Below, piece by piece: positions 23,113 through 37,347 of a stretch of 64,000 bases of DNA (within the stretch, counting starts at the first letter, position 1; the number at the start of each line of letters is the position of its first letter). The DNA is taken from the NCBI RefSeq assembly GCF_036971445.1, contig NC_091474.1, forward strand, positions 9,486,001 through 9,550,000, written 5' to 3'. The translations under genes were made by a program, and so were the position numbers. The DNA comes from Narcine bancroftii (lineage: Eukaryota). Under the pieces are notes generated by a model that worked only from the letters and a program-made list of their open reading frames with translations, was not told where the DNA came from and did not search any database.

Positions 23113-25310
23113 ATGTACATCTACCTCCTGTGGACAATGCGAGACCTGCTAAGTTCCTCCAGCATTTGTGTTTTTATTTTCTGCTCATGGATAATCCGTT
23201 AATCTACTATATGCATTCCTGATTTCAAAGCAGACATCAGTACAACTCTCTCCTCCCCACACCCCACCCTCATTCTTAACCAATCACTACTACTTAATTT
23301 GCTAGCCAATATTTAATGTATACCTGTTTGAAAAGTTAGAAATCAAGAAATAACATACTAGCTTAAGGGGAAAAATTCTCTTCAAGGATGATGATGGCCA
23401 TGTAAATTGCAATGCCTTTGAGAATGTAATAAAGTAAATGATGTCCTAATAGAATGGGAAGATTTTGAAGAGAAAATCAATGGTCTAACTGGAACAATAG
23501 TGTTTTCAAATGTTTCAAGTTCATTAGTACATGAGTATGATATCACAAGTTTGGTAGAATAAAAGAAAAATTTTCATTAATGTTGTGTACTTGAGCAAGC
23601 AAAGATTTCTGCCCAAAATAAACAATGCAGTTCTACATCCAACTGGCTAGTTGGAACTGCTAAATGAATAAAATATCAAATGTGGACTTCAACATCATTT
23701 CTCACACTAATTCAAACCTCCAGTTTCATGAATTCCACACATTTCCTAAATCCAAAAGATAACTTGATGTTTAATATAAAATGTCACAACAAATCAGAGC
23801 ATGCAGGATGAAGATATTTGACAAGAGTTAGCACCAAAATTTACAACACCTCATATTAATTTCACGTTACTTGCATCCTCTTCTCAGCACTATAAAGATA
23901 TCAAGAATTGAACAGGACATGTGGAATGGGTAGCTATGTGAAGCTAATCACAAAGTACAAGACCAGACATGATCTTAACGGATGATGGCCTCGTGCTTCT
24001 TTCTCAATGCCTCCATTGTTCCATAGGCAAGTGTTCCTTTACAAGCTGATAGACAGGGCTTCCTATAATTTGCCCAGAAAAACAGATCAACAAGCCTTTC
24101 CCACACCCCCACCCAACAAGCAGGGAGGAGAGTTATCTTATCCTCAATTAAAGCAAATATGTCCAACCCTTGATGCTACACAATATTGCATCAGGTAAAG
24201 CATTTATCCACTGAGTTACCGGGACATGTACCTTTAACAAAATATTTTGTAGATTACAGCAAGAATCTAAAGAGAACTGGTTAAGGCATACATCAAACCA
24301 AAAGAATAGTTTTCAGCTAAAATAAAAGAGCTTCATCATCTGCCAGTAATTCAGAACCTCTGAAATGTAGATCATGATGAATTAATCCCAAATTAATTCT
24401 GTAAAATCCACAATGTTATCACAACTTCTGAAAATACTATATCAGAAGCTATATGCACAGCAAAGTTTGAAGCCTAAAATGGTCAGTGCCATTTTTGTAT
24501 TAAATTGTACTTGAGTATAAAAGTATGAGAGTTTATAAATCCTATATTTAAAAAAAGCAACATTACTTCATGCTTTTTAGTTATAATTGCCTTTGGGAAT
24601 GAGATGACGTGAGGAAAAAGAGATGAAAGAAACAGAAAGGAAAAAAGAGACCAGACTTATCCTTTTAAGTAAAAAAAATGGTAACATGTTAAATGTAAAG
24701 TGAATATCAATAGAATGAGGCTACGTTTCAGTATTTTTTTTTTTTAAAAACCTCTTCACAGTACTGTTGAAATAACAATCTGGTGTACACCATTTTGGCT
24801 TGTGTTCAACAGTCACTTTTTGCAGGGTTTTGAAATATTCCTAGTGCATCGAGATCCCTGTATGAACCACTAACTCAAAAAGTGGAGGGGAAAAGGAGTT
24901 CAACAAGGATCAAACTAGGAAAAACTTGTGCTTTAGGTTCAAATCAATTAATTGTTATTAAATATCATCTTTTAGAGAAAATATCAGAAATTGATCAAAT
25001 ATATCTGCTAAAATGTGCACTGGCTTAACAAGAATTTGTAAAGTGATTCAAGTTATATTTGCTGGTTCCAACCACCTGAAATGTTCAATGTACAGAAAGT
25101 ACACAAAAACCTATCAACCTTGTTATACAGTATACTTTCCTGAAGTAACCGAACAGTTTAGTATAACCTATTACAATATTTCAATACTATGCAAATATTA
25201 AGTTGTTGTAAAAATTGGGATTTTCAACTTTGTAGCTATAGATCTAGCTTCACATTCGGTTTATCATACAAAAATGAAAACCTGTTAAGAAGATGGTCAG
25301 AACAGCATGA

Positions 25311-25651
25311 TACACTTGTGTCCCACTAAATCAGCCTTTAAGCGTCCCAGGAATGGGGGTTTGTCCTTTCACACTAGACCACTCCTAAATGGGACACTGA
25401 ACGCTTTCACACTTGTAAGGGTTTATCCCAGCATTTGGTCTGTTCTACCTTTAATAGGAAGTGCCTGCAATGCAATTGCCCATTTCACACTTGCCTGATC
25501 TCAATGCCAGCGTCTGCAGATGCTAGGAATTGTACTAGGGGTTGTGACCGGCAATCCCAGGCATGAGATGCAGATTTTGCTTTCACACTTGCCACTTTAA
25601 AGGGTGATTGGCATTCAAATCCTGGGATCACTGGCAAGTGTGAAAGGGGCT
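25311..25651. mobile_element. PIF/Harbinger-like MITE remnant
   Basis: Right terminus caagtgtgaaaggggct and four internal tttcacact motifs. The left TIR is degraded. Confidence 0.4.
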
Positions 25652-25862
25652 TTAGACTATGCATACCATTTGCATCATATAACTCCCAGAGTTATTGTAT
25701 GAGAAAGCACTCACTTTATCTACTGAATTCGATGCATCTTTCAAAAATGTTATTAAACAATCAACTAGATGTTAATTTCTACAGTCACATCTTAAATACC
25801 ACAATATATTGAAACAATAATTTCTGCTCAAGATAGGGCCACAAACAGAAAAATACAAGGGC

Positions 25863-26344
25863 TCGAGACGGCAGAGGTCGACAGCATCGAGTCCACGCTG
25901 CTGAAGATCCAGCTGCGCTGGATGGGTCACGTTTCCAGAATGGAGGACCATCGCCTTCCCAAGATCGTGTTATATGGCGAGCTCTCCACTGGCCACCGTG
26001 ACAGAGGTGCACCAAAGAAAAGGTACAAGGACTGCCTAAAGAAATCTCTTGGTGCCTGCCACATTGACCACCGCCAGTGGGCTGATAACGCCTCAAACCG
26101 TGCATCTTGGCGCCTCACAGTTTGGCGGGCAGCAACCTCCTTTGAAGAAGACCGCAGAGCCCACCTCACTGACAAAAGGCAAAGGAGGAAAAACCCAACA
26201 CCCAACCCCAACCCACCAATTTTCCCCTGCAACCATGTCTGCCTGTCCCACATCGGACTTGTCAGCCACAAACGAGCCTGCAGCTGACGAGGACTTTTTA
26301 CCCCCTCCATAAATCTTCGTCTGCGAAGCCAAGCCAAAGAAAAG
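25863..26344 (+). mobile_element. 5'-truncated RTE LINE
   Basis: Near-identical to 3679-4165, with a 9-bp deletion in the zinc-finger region. TSD ACAAGGGC (25855-25862 and 26345-26352). Confidence 0.93.
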
Positions 26345-26739
26345 ACAAGGGCCAAACAATATTGATCCTGGGAGCTTTCCACAGTTACTCTGTAAGAAAA
26401 ACCAAATATTTTTAAACCAAAAAACCCCAGCCCCATCGAAAATTAATTTTCTTTAAAAATAACTATCCAACACTACGGAACAGTTTAACTGTTGTCATTG
26501 ATGTAATCACATATTACACTCAAAATTTCTATATCTGCTGCTCTTAAATTTATTTGAAATTAATAAAACTGTTTAAAATTCTCATTCAAAAAGATTTTCA
26601 AAATAAAAAGAGCAGGAGAAAAGATCAAGAAAGGGACATAGACTCCAACAATCCTCCACAACTCTGAATACAGTTCATGGCACAAGTGTACACCTTAATG
26701 ATTATAATGCAATGTGTAGATAAGCTATTAAATATAGGC

Positions 26740-28020
26740 TATTAAAGTTAACAGATTCCTTGCAAATCAAACAAACACACTTCCCCTGGACTTCTGTGGG
26801 GAAAAAATATTCATTTTTCCCCAATGTGTCTGAAATTTTCAATACTCTCTTGCTATTTCCCATCTTTTCAGTTTCACCATGTTTAATCAACTGAGGCAAA
26901 CTTTTTTTTTGAATATTTTATTTAAAATTTTTTAACCAAACATGCATTCAAACACATTTCAAAATATAGATGTAATAATGTATTTAATATCAAATACATG
27001 ATAATACCCCAATACCACCCTCCTCCTACAATCCCCCCTCCCCCTACAGTCCCAAGAAATGATCCAAGAAAAAAGTATAGAATTGTGTTAAGATAGAAAA
27101 AAAGATAAAGAATAAGTAGAATAAGAATGCACTGATGAAAGTTAAATCCCATCTTTTCTAAAATTCAAATCTATTTCATCGTTAATGGGGTTCCACGCAA
27201 GTCTTAAATGCAAAGAACATTTAGAAATCTAAAAAAATTTTAAAGTTTAATCCTATTTTTGTAGATACAGGTGACAAATTTGTAAAAATATTATATTTTT
27301 TTCCTTAAATTATATGTAATTTTCTCAAGAGGAAAACAACTGTTCATTTCCACATTCCATCATTCCAAACTCAGGTGGAAATCAGACTTACAAGCAACTA
27401 CAATACATTTTCTGGCCATTGCTAATCCAATTTTAACAAATTCTATCTGGTATTTGGTTACCAGTAATTTCAATTTAGGTCTTATTCCTATCAAGTTCCC
27501 TCAAAAATAATTCTGGATTTTGTGGAAATTGGACTCCTGTAATTTGTTCTAAAAAAAATTCCTAACTCCAGCTAGAAATGTCTTACTTCATCACAAGACC
27601 ATGTTGAATGTAAAAGTTCCCACCTCTAAAACATTGATCTGATAAATCCGATTTCAATTTATTTAGTTTTTGTGGCATGAAATATAACTGATGTAAAAAA
27701 AATTATATTGTACCAGACTATATCTTACATTTATTGTATTAGTCTCAACATAAATCAGCCCAATTCTTCTCATGTATTATCACATTTATCTGACTCCTGA
27801 GATAAACTTTTTCATCAATGAGCAACAGTTGATCTCGTAGTTGTTTAAAATGGCAGTGACATCTAGTGTTGAAACCAAAATGCTATGTACACACCATGCA
27901 ATTTATTGTTAGAGACTATATGCTGATGGGCCATGTTCCATCTTTAAAATTCACCCTGGGCAATTTAAAAATGGACCACAGGCTACAGTTGTCCCAGAGG
28001 CTGTAGTTTGGCCACTCTTG
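26740..28020 (-). mobile_element. hAT-Charlie-type transposon 5' remnant interrupted by an L1
   Basis: Minus-strand terminus caagagtggccaaactacagcc at 28020. Transposase N-terminal motif EYFF..VQGKCVCLICKESV at about 26745-26815. Confidence 0.6.
26901..27800 (-). mobile_element. L1-clade LINE 3' fragment
   Basis: Poly-T tail at 26902, C-rich UTR and a degraded ORF2 C-terminus similar to 8400-8880 and 40230-40975. Confidence 0.7.
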
Positions 28021-28744
28021 GCTTAAATTGTATTCTTACAAAGGAAACAATCACAAGTGGGATTAAACATGATGTTTCAGCATATCAAATGATTCATCAC
28101 CAGATTTAAAATTTACTTTTGGAAAAGTTTGATAAATTTAACTGCTCATTTTTCACAATATCCTCCTCAAGTATTTATTTAGAAATATTTCTGCAGGGGA
28201 ATGCAATGTAACCCAAAAAATTAATGCATTACCTCAACAGAAAGCCAAGAATTAATTATTTTAATGTGGATCATTATTTGCTCAATGGTATTTTGGTATT
28301 TATTTTGCTCTTAATTTAAGTATCTATACAAGACAAAACACAATAAATGGATGTTAAACTTAACTTTACCTTAAACTCATTCATTTTTTTAAAAAGTAGA
28401 GAGAGGGAGATGTATAAATAAACAAGATGCAAGTAAAGCTCATTCTCCTTTTAAGAAAGATACCAAACATCAAATAAAGTTTAATTCAGGAGACAACGAT
28501 TCAATACTGCTCAAAGCAATACTTGAAAAAATATTTTCCTTCAGCCAAGGCCAAAAACAAAAAAAAAAATGACTGCTTTGCACCAAGAAACAAATGGAAT
28601 GTTTGGATTATTTTACCTTCTCACTCTTTGGCAGTAGTCACCTGAAATATTTAATTGTACATAGCCAATAAATTGAATGATAAAATGCAAAGATCACTAT
28701 CTCGTGAGTTTATGCAGATATTTTAAGTGATTGTTTTATTTTAG

Positions 28745-29355
28745 AATTAGAGAATATAGAAGACTACAGCACAGTACAGGCCCTTTGGCCCTCAATGCTG
28801 TGCCAACCCACATATTCCTTCCTGAAAAAATGTACTAAACTCTCCCTACCCCATAACCCTCTATTTTTCTTTTATTCATGTGCCTGTCTTAAGAGACTTT
28901 TAAATGCCCCTAATGCTTCAGCCTCCACCACCATCCCTGGCAAGGAATTCCAGGCACCCACAACTCTCTGCAGAAAACTTTCCCCTGATGTCTCCCCTAA
29001 ACTTCCCTCCCTTCACTTTGTACACACGTCCCCTGGTGTTTGCTCTTCCTGTCCTAAGAAATAGGTGCTGGATATCCAGCCGATCTATGCCTCTCATAAT
29101 CTCATAGACCTCTACCAAGTCTCCTCTCATCCTTCTACACACCAAAGACAAAAGTCCCTGTTCTACTAACCTTGCCACACAAGACTTGTTTTCCAATCCA
29201 GGCAACATCCTGGTAAATCTCCTCTGCAACTCTCCATAGCTTCTACATCCTTCCTATAAGGAGGTGACTAGAAATGAACACAAACCCTTACGTGTAGTCT
29301 TACCAGAGATTTGTAGAGTTGCAACATGACCTCTACTCTAAACTCAATCCACCTA
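28745..29355 (-). mobile_element. CR1 LINE 3' fragment
   Basis: QRRFTRMLPGL..RRMRGDLVEVYEIMRGIDR in ORF 28918-29229, with a CR1-type 3' UTR. Confidence 0.85.
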
Positions 29356-29934
29356 TTATTATATACAAAACTCTAAAATGTTTCTGTTCAAATAAACAGC
29401 ATCTGGCAATTCAAAACCTTACTCAAAGCAAAGTTCAAGGAAAAGGTCTTCAAAGCATCACCACAATCAACCTTGATTAAAACTGAATAGGGTACTAACT
29501 TTGTGATTCTAATCATGTTAGTTTCCTCCCACTACTCCACCCATTCTGAACAGGAAATTTAGAGTGAGAAACACCCACGCACACAATTCATTAAAATTTT
29601 TATTACAACATTCCCAGTTGGAAAATAATTACAGCTTTTTTTTCAGATCCCACCGCTTTTCTCCTCGGTATAATTTGTAGTACTTCTGATATCTCAGGAT
29701 TACCAAAAGTTGAAAATTTTCAGGAATTTACTGACTTTATTATGAAGCCCTTCAAGCTAACTGCACAGAGAATTAGAAACCAACTTTGCCACATCTATCA
29801 AATTATTGGTGGTGTGAGTATCTCTAATACAAAATAATCTGACACAAATCTCAGTAGTTATTTTTGAAGTTATTCCAAGCCAAAACAGAGCTTTTGTTAT
29901 AAAATACGAAAATCTCCCCACACCGTGGTTGAAG

Positions 29935-30036
29935 TGAAAACGCAAAGCTGGAGAAACTCAACAGGTCAAGCAGTGTCCTTTAAATGGCAACAGTAAAAAT
30001 ACAAAACCGACATTTCGGGCTTGTGCCCTTCATCAC
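29935..30036 (-). mobile_element. Penelope-derived terminal repeat fragment with a hammerhead-like core
   Basis: ctggagaaactcaacaggtc family motif. The minus strand reads TGATGA-A-GGGC-ACAA-GCCC-GAAA. Confidence 0.55.
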
Positions 30037-30039
30037 GAT

Positions 30040-32090
30040 GAGTGGGCTAAGCACGCATCCTTGGGGTGCGTCTATGTCAGTGAGGAGGAGACATGGTTTC
30101 CAATTCGTACTGACTGTGGTCTTCTGATGAGAAAGTCAAGGATCCCATTGCAGAGGGGGGGGGGGGGGGGGTACAGAGGCCTAGAATTTATAGCCAGCAC
30201 TGAGGAAATAATGGTATTCAAGGCCAAGCTGTAGTTAATGAAGAGCAGAGCAGCCGTAGGCACAAATTGCTGTTTTCGAAGTAATCCAGAGCTGAGTATA
30301 GAGTCAGAAATATTGCATCTGCTGTGGAGCAATTGTGACAATAGGTGAATTGCAATAAGTCCAGATCTTCACTTAGGTACCTATTAATTCTGACCATGAC
30401 CAGCCTCTAAAAGCATTTCATCACAGTAGAAGTTAATGCTACTGGGCAGTAGTCACTGAGGCAGCTTTTCTTGGGTACCAGGATGATTTTGATGCCCTTT
30501 TGAAGCCAGAGGGAACCTCTGACTGCCTCAATGAGAGGTTGAAAATGTCCTTGAACACTCGTTTAGTTGGTTGGAGCAAATTTTCAGTACCCTGGCAGGT
30601 GTTGTCAGGGTCTGATGCCTTGCAAGGGGTCACCCTCCTGAATGTTCTCACGTCGCCTTCAGAGATAGATATCACAGGGTCCTCGGCCTTTTCAGGGATA
30701 CTAGTAGGTGCTGTTTGGTTCTTTTCAAAACTGCATAGAAGGTGTTCAGCTCATCGAAGCTGTGAAGCATCACAGCCACCTATAGTGTTCACCCTTGCTT
30801 TGTAGGCTGTAATGTTCTGCACTCCCTGCCATAGCTGGCATGTATCTGTCTCAAGCTTCTCCAGAATTGTCACTTTGCCTCAGAGATGGGCTTTCGCAGG
30901 TCGTACCTGGACCTCTTGAAAAGATCCTGATTCCTGACCTTAAACACCCTTGTTCTTGCCCTCAGCAGGTTGCAAATTCTCTGATTCATCCAGGGCTTCA
31001 GGTTGGGCAACACCCAGTATTTATGCATGGGCACACTTTCATCTATGCAGGTCAGTGGCATCTGTTGCATATTCATTCTAGTCTATGGACGAGTTTCTGA
31101 ATATATTTCAGTCCACCGATTCAAAGCAATCTTGCAGAGGCTCCTCCGCCTCCCTCGATCATACTTCCATTGTCTTCATGACTGGTGCTGTGGTCTTAAG
31201 TCTCTGCTTGTACGCCGGGAGCAGAAGTACAGCCAGGTGATTAGACTTACCAAAATGTGCTTATGGTATGACAGTATGCGTTGTTTATGGTTATGTAGCA
31301 GTGGTCAAGTGTGTTGGTTCTCCTGGTCTCGCATGTGATCTGTTGGTCGTAGTTTGTCAGAGAGTTCTTCAGGTTGGCCTGATTGAAGTCTCCCATTATG
31401 ATCAAGAAGGCATCAGGATGTTCTTTAACCAGGGCTGCATTAGGGCTCAGCCCCTCCAATGCCAGCCTGACGTTAGTCTGGGACGAATGTACACTGCGAC
31501 CAGGATGAAGGTGGTGAATTCCCTCGGCAGGTAGAATGGGAAACACTTGATCACCAGATGTTCCAGGTCAGGGAGCAGGACTGGAACGTGACTGTCACGA
31601 CTGTGTACCATAATGAATTGATGATGGCACAAACACCATCTCCCTTGTTTTCCAAACACTGGTGTTCAATCAGCACGGTGGAAAGTGTGGCCCTTGGGCT
31701 GTTGTGCCATGTCCGGAATGTCCACATATAGCCATATTTCTGTAAAGCACATCACGCAGCTCTCTCTAATGTTGAGGTCTGTTTGTTCTCCAAGGACTGT
31801 ACATTGGCCAGGAGGATGGTAGGGAGTGGAAGCCTCAGGTTTTGGTGTCTCAGCATGACCTGTAGAGGCCCCCACCGCATCCACATGGTTGGGTCTACTT
31901 TACCTGGCCCCTGGGTCCTCTGCTGGTAGTTCCTGTGGTGTTTAAATGGTCTGTGCACTGTCCCTTTAAATCCCCCACAATGTTGAAATGCATTGAGCGT
32001 CTGCTATCTGCAACTCCTACAAAGTTTAAAATGGCCCGATCACTGGCTGTTTAAAACTCCCACAGTGTTGAGGGGCAGTCTTTCATTGCT
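30040..32090 (-). mobile_element. Rex1/Babar-like LINE (endonuclease plus RT N-terminus), degraded
   Basis: Motifs LPTILLANVQSLENK, CFTEIWL, IMGDFNQANL, TLDHCY, KPWMN, FKDIFNLSL and [13 protein letters not shown]. Confidence 0.85.
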
Positions 32091-34142
32091 TACGTCATAA
32101 AACAAAGTGTAAGCCCAAGATCTCTCCTCCGTCAAAATCCTCATTATAACTACACTTTGATAAAGGTTTTGATCATTTTCTCCAAACACCACTTTCCATT
32201 TTTTTCAGCACACACTATTCTACCCTTGCTTGATAAAGTTTCTGTGAAATATTTTGAACACAACAAAAATTTGGAACACAGCACATATTTATAAAACAAT
32301 GCAAAACATCCAGGATCCTCAAAGACATAGTTTATGTCCTAGGAAAATGAATCAATGCAAATTTATGGAATGGGAGGGGGAGGAACTGAAAAGACAGATA
32401 CAAGTGAGTTTCAACACTGTTCCTCTAAAAAACATGCAGAATGCATTTGTTCAAATACTCTGCATTCCAAACATATTTCTTCTTCCTCCTATCTAGGGTA
32501 CATAACTGGACCATAATTCTCAGAATATATGAAAAAAATTGTTAGCCAACTATGTTCCCCAGACCAGATAAATAATCTCAAAAATATTATCTGCTCTTAA
32601 ATTAAAATGTGCAGATTTACACAAGGTTTTGCATTATTTTAAATATTGGCACCAATGCATTGCATTTCTTTTCAAAAAGTACTAGGAGCATAGCTCAAGG
32701 ACCTTTTGTGGCCTCTCAAGATCCCAGACCTCTTGTGGCTTCACCATCTGGTACATTTGTCGATTCCAACAAACCAAACAGGACTTGAAATATTAAAAAA
32801 AAGTTAAGCATTTAAAATTGAGAAAAACAATGAGCAAATTAGCTGAATATTTGATTCATTTATTTGGTATTACTCTTGGAATGATAAAAACATGTTTTTT
32901 GTCAATTGCTTTTGCATTCTGAATCTAATCATTCATGTTATAACAATCTTACCAAGCATGGAATACAAACACAAAACACTAAATATTAATTTGTCAAAAT
33001 GCATTTGTGCAAAAAGAAACAGATGACCATTCAGATAACCTGATATCAGAACTTGGAAACATTTATGAACCAAAGATATTTCATGTTGCTTGTGGGTGGG
33101 TTGTAATGAGAACAAAGAGAATGTCAATGAGAGGGTGAAAATAAAAACAGAGCAAATAACTGTCTGAAAAAGGATAGTGAAGGCTTGTTAATTATAGTCA
33201 ATCTGACTGGAGAGGAGTAAGAACAGAGAGAAAAAGAATAATGTTCCATTCAGTCCACAAAGGTAAACTTCAGTCTTCCACTTAAAATTTCCATACTGAT
33301 CCCACTCTTACCTTGTTCCAAATTACCCAATTCCATCTTGCAATCATTTTTCAATGCGAGTTCAGTTCATATCCAACCAGTGATTTCATATTTTAAAACA
33401 GTGAACTCCAGTCCTCCTCCCCTCCATCAAAGTGAACCTGCCACAATTTACTCTTTCTAAACCTCAAGTTACTTTAGAAACATCAAAACCTCTCAATCCC
33501 TCTTCTTCAAAAAAAGCAACACCCCAGCTGCACTAATCTACTATTGTTTTATTGATTCAGATCAGAAGAATTATTCCTGCAAATCTTTTCTGGATCCTCT
33601 CTAATACCATCAATTTCTTTCTATACAATACTGTTAGGGTCGTGCCCCATGGAGAATACCATTAATAATTTTCCTCCAATCTGAAAATCACTGAACAAAA
33701 GACTCCAGCTATGGTTGGACCAATGTTTTATTAAGGCTCAGCATGACTTGCCTGCATTTGTATCTAATGCCTCAACTGATGAAGCTCAATTTTGTGCCCA
33801 ATTTATGATCCACTTTCACATCCTACATTGCTAGTTTTGACTGTGTATTTACATAACCTCAGATTCTCTGCTCCTGTACCCTTTTAATGGTTTGCATGTC
33901 GCCTCTCTTCATTCCTCCTACCAAAATGTATTGATCCACCCATCTCTGCATTACACTATTCAGCCCTTCCAACAGCCTCTTCCCATCTGGCTGCAATTTG
34001 TCACTCATTATTAATACCATCAAGTTTGGTGTAATCCTTAAATTCAGAAATTGTTCCCATCCCCAAGTCCATCAGACATTCTATGGCCCCTTTAGGATTT
34101 TGCTCAAAATTTATGCATCCCCTTCCCTGTGAAGCTGTCATT

Positions 34143-34428
34143 TAGTTGGTTTCTTCCATACCTCTCTCCTACAGAACACATAAAAAACAAAAAATTTTTT
34201 TTTTAAATTTCAGTCTGTGGTCCCCCTCCAATATGCTATAGTTCCCATTGAGAATGGCTAAATTCTAGTTCATTAGAAATCAAAAGCAGCGATCAATAAA
34301 ATTGAAAGAGTGCATCGAAGATTTACTGGAATGTTGCTACGACGAACTGAATCACAGGGAAAGATTGCTGGAGGAACTCAGCTGGTCTCATAGTATCCAT
34401 AAGTGGTAAAGATATAAAACCGATGCTT
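34143..34428. repeat. Source copy of a ~285-bp local duplication (second copy 35552-35837)
   Basis: tagttggtttcttccatacctctctcctacaga... through ...gtatccataagtggtaaagatata appears twice. Confidence 0.9.
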
Positions 34429-35023
34429 TGGGCCAAAGCCTTTTTTTTAAAAGAACGAGTAAAAACAGGCAGATGCCAGAATTAAAATGTTGGGAGAAGG
34501 GAAGAATTGAGAAGAAGAAGACTACAGACCAACAGACAAAATGTGTTAATTGGATATGGATGGGACACAGGAGAGAGGAAAGGGGAGAATTAACTGGGGA
34601 AGGGGAGGGGGGGGGAGGGTGTTTTTGGCTATGTGGAAGCCGAGACCTCCAGTTTCCATTAGCACCAACCCCCCATCGTTCCCTAGGTCTCCTTTCTCTC
34701 TCACCCCTCCTTTTCCCTGACTCCTTTGCCCCAGCTATGTTTCCAGAGAGCCAAAAAAAAACATCCCCAATCAATTCTCCCCTTTCCTCTTTCCCATCCA
34801 TAATCCAATTAACAGCTTTCCCGTGTTTGACTGTACTCTTCCCTCTGCCCATTCCCCCACCTTTCTACAGCCTTTAATTCAAGCACCTGCTTGCTTTTTA
34901 TTCATACCTTGCAGAAGGGCTCAGGCCCAAAACATTGGTTACTTATCTTTACCTCATATGGAACTGTGAGACCTGCTGAGTTTTTAGTACAATCACAGCA
35001 TCTGCAGACTTTAGTGTTTCACT
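34367..35023. mobile_element. Penelope-derived non-autonomous element with an inverted arrangement, inserted in a CR1
   Basis: The left part is the reverse complement of the right part. ACAGGGAAAG flanks both sides (34354-34363 and 35024-35033). The CR1 continues at 35034-35400. Confidence 0.7.
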
Positions 35024-35551
35024 ACAGGGAAAGGCTAAACAGGTTAGGACTTTATTCCCTGGAGTGTTGAAAACTGAGGGGAGATTTGATAGAGGTATAC
35101 AAAATTATGACAAGTATAGAGCAAATGCAAATGGCCTTTTTCCACTGAGGTTAGTGAGATACAAACCAGAGATTAAGGGTGAAAAGAGAGAAGTTTGGGG
35201 GAAATATTCAGGGGTATTTTTTCACAGTGATGGAAGTCTGAAACAAGCTGCTAGCTGAAGTGGTGAATGTGGGCTCAATTTTAACATTTAAATATTTGGA
35301 TTGAAACATGGATGGGAGGGGTATAGAGGTCAATTGAACATGGCAAAAAAATAGTTCGTCAAAGACTAGAAGGGCAGAAGACCCCGTTTTCTGTGGTTCT
35401 AACTGCCCCAACACTGTCCATGGGAATGCCATTAATAATTTTCCTCCAATCTAAAAATCATTAATCACGTGTAATCAACATCTATCTATTTTATCCCATG
35501 TACTTCAACTCTGTTGATAAGCCCATAATACAGCACATTATTTAAATTCTT

Positions 35552-35837
35552 CTAGTTGGTTTCTTCCATACCTCTCTCCTACAGACCACATAAAAACAAA
35601 AAATATTTCTTTTATTTCAGTCTGTGGTCCTCCTCCAATATGCTATAGTTCCCATTGAGAATGGCTAAATTCTAGTTCATTAGAAATCAAAAGCAGCGAT
35701 CAATAAAATTGAAAGAGTGCCTCGAAGATTTACTGGGATGTTGCTACAACTTGAACTGAATCACAGGGAAAGATTGTTGGAGGAACTCAGCTGGTCTCAC
35801 AGTATCCATAAGTGGTAAAGATATAGAACCAACGCTT
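35552..35837. repeat. Second copy of 34143-34428
   Basis: Direct match, including the CR1/Penelope junction. Confidence 0.9.
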
Positions 35838-37347
35838 CACACCCAATGTCGGTATCTGCTACTTCATCAAATTGGTTCAATGCAATTTGCCCTCATCCAA
35901 AGAGACTTATGAGCAGTAACTAATAATTTCCTCCTGTTCTTCACCCAAAATCTCAATCTGTGCTATTTCTAAAAATTATCATGGCCTCAATTTTACTTTG
36001 GCTGCATTTTCTTCCCTTGTGAATACGAATGTAAAGTGCTCGTTTAGTACCTCCACATGCCTTCGGTATCCATGTGCAAGTTCCCAACTTTGTGTTTAAT
36101 GGACCCTATTCCCTGGTGCACCATTTTACTGTTTATACATCACTTGGTTTCAGACTTTTGCTATGCAAGTACTAGTTTGTTTAGTTCCCTGTCTGGCTCT
36201 TAATTACTTTAAAAATAATCACGTGCACTTAACTTCCTTAAAATTCTAAATGGCACGATTGTACAAATGCAACAAACAAGTTCAACAAAATGCAGTGATA
36301 TAATGATTACAAATGTAATTGAATGTTCTTGTCAAATGTTAACATTGAACATTTTTTCACAAATTAGTTTTGAATGCATTTTAACCTGGCATGACAAAGT
36401 TGAAATTTGTTCTACATGTTGTAAAAACAAAATCAAACCAATTCTTCTATAATAGCCTTGGATCAGAATGACTTTATACCTTCTACAAAGTAATATTTGT
36501 AATTTTCATGCAAAACATTAACTGTGAAACAACATGTATTACTAATCATTTAAGGGCAACAGAAGGTAAATGTTTAAAATGGGAAAGCCCTTTCTGTTTG
36601 AACTGAAAACTCCAACCAGGAAGTGGTAGATTTCAACTACCTCGACAATTCTGAATGAGTTGACACACATGAACTGCTGGAACATACTTATGCCAAGAGA
36701 ATGGAGGATGTGGGCAAACAACACCCCAGTAATGGCTGGTAGTCAATTATTCAGATTTTCCAACCAAAGTGGAAACCCCCCACCCCCGTTACAAGATGGA
36801 TGTGTGCTTTACAGAAGAATTTAAATTACGCAGCTCGATTAACAACAAAATTGCACAAGTCACATATTGTTGATTTGTTTCTGGTTCCAACAAAATATAC
36901 ACCCAACTCAAAATTTGTGCTTTAAGTTGACTTCACATTTGGTCGTTTTGCTTATTATACCAACTCAATGGGATCAGCCTACCTGCATCGGGTTTGTAGG
37001 TTAAAAGCCACCCAGTTTGTCAATTTAACTTACAAAGTTCGATGCAAGTGTAGAATTAAAATCGTGGAATAATTTGGGTTAGTGACAGATTTGTGTGTGT
37101 AATTCACTGGGGAAACAATAGTGAAGTGAACGCCTATACATTTAAATATTTTTTTTTAAAAAACAAGATTCATTTGATAATAATGAGACCCGATTTAGGA
37201 TCCCTCCGTTCAGTGTAAATATTTAAGCATCTGGAGTACAATCCAAATCACTTATTTATCAGTAGCAAAACGGAAGTAGCACATGGGCGAAATCAAGTAC
37301 ACTGCCTTAGTTAATAAAGAACTCTGTCAAATCTGACAACGAAAAGA

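Noticed and set aside
28611-28650. 25-nt minus-strand micro-exon (ttcag|...gaag|gtaaaa)
   Set aside because: Weak polypyrimidine tract and donor, and such matches are expected by chance.
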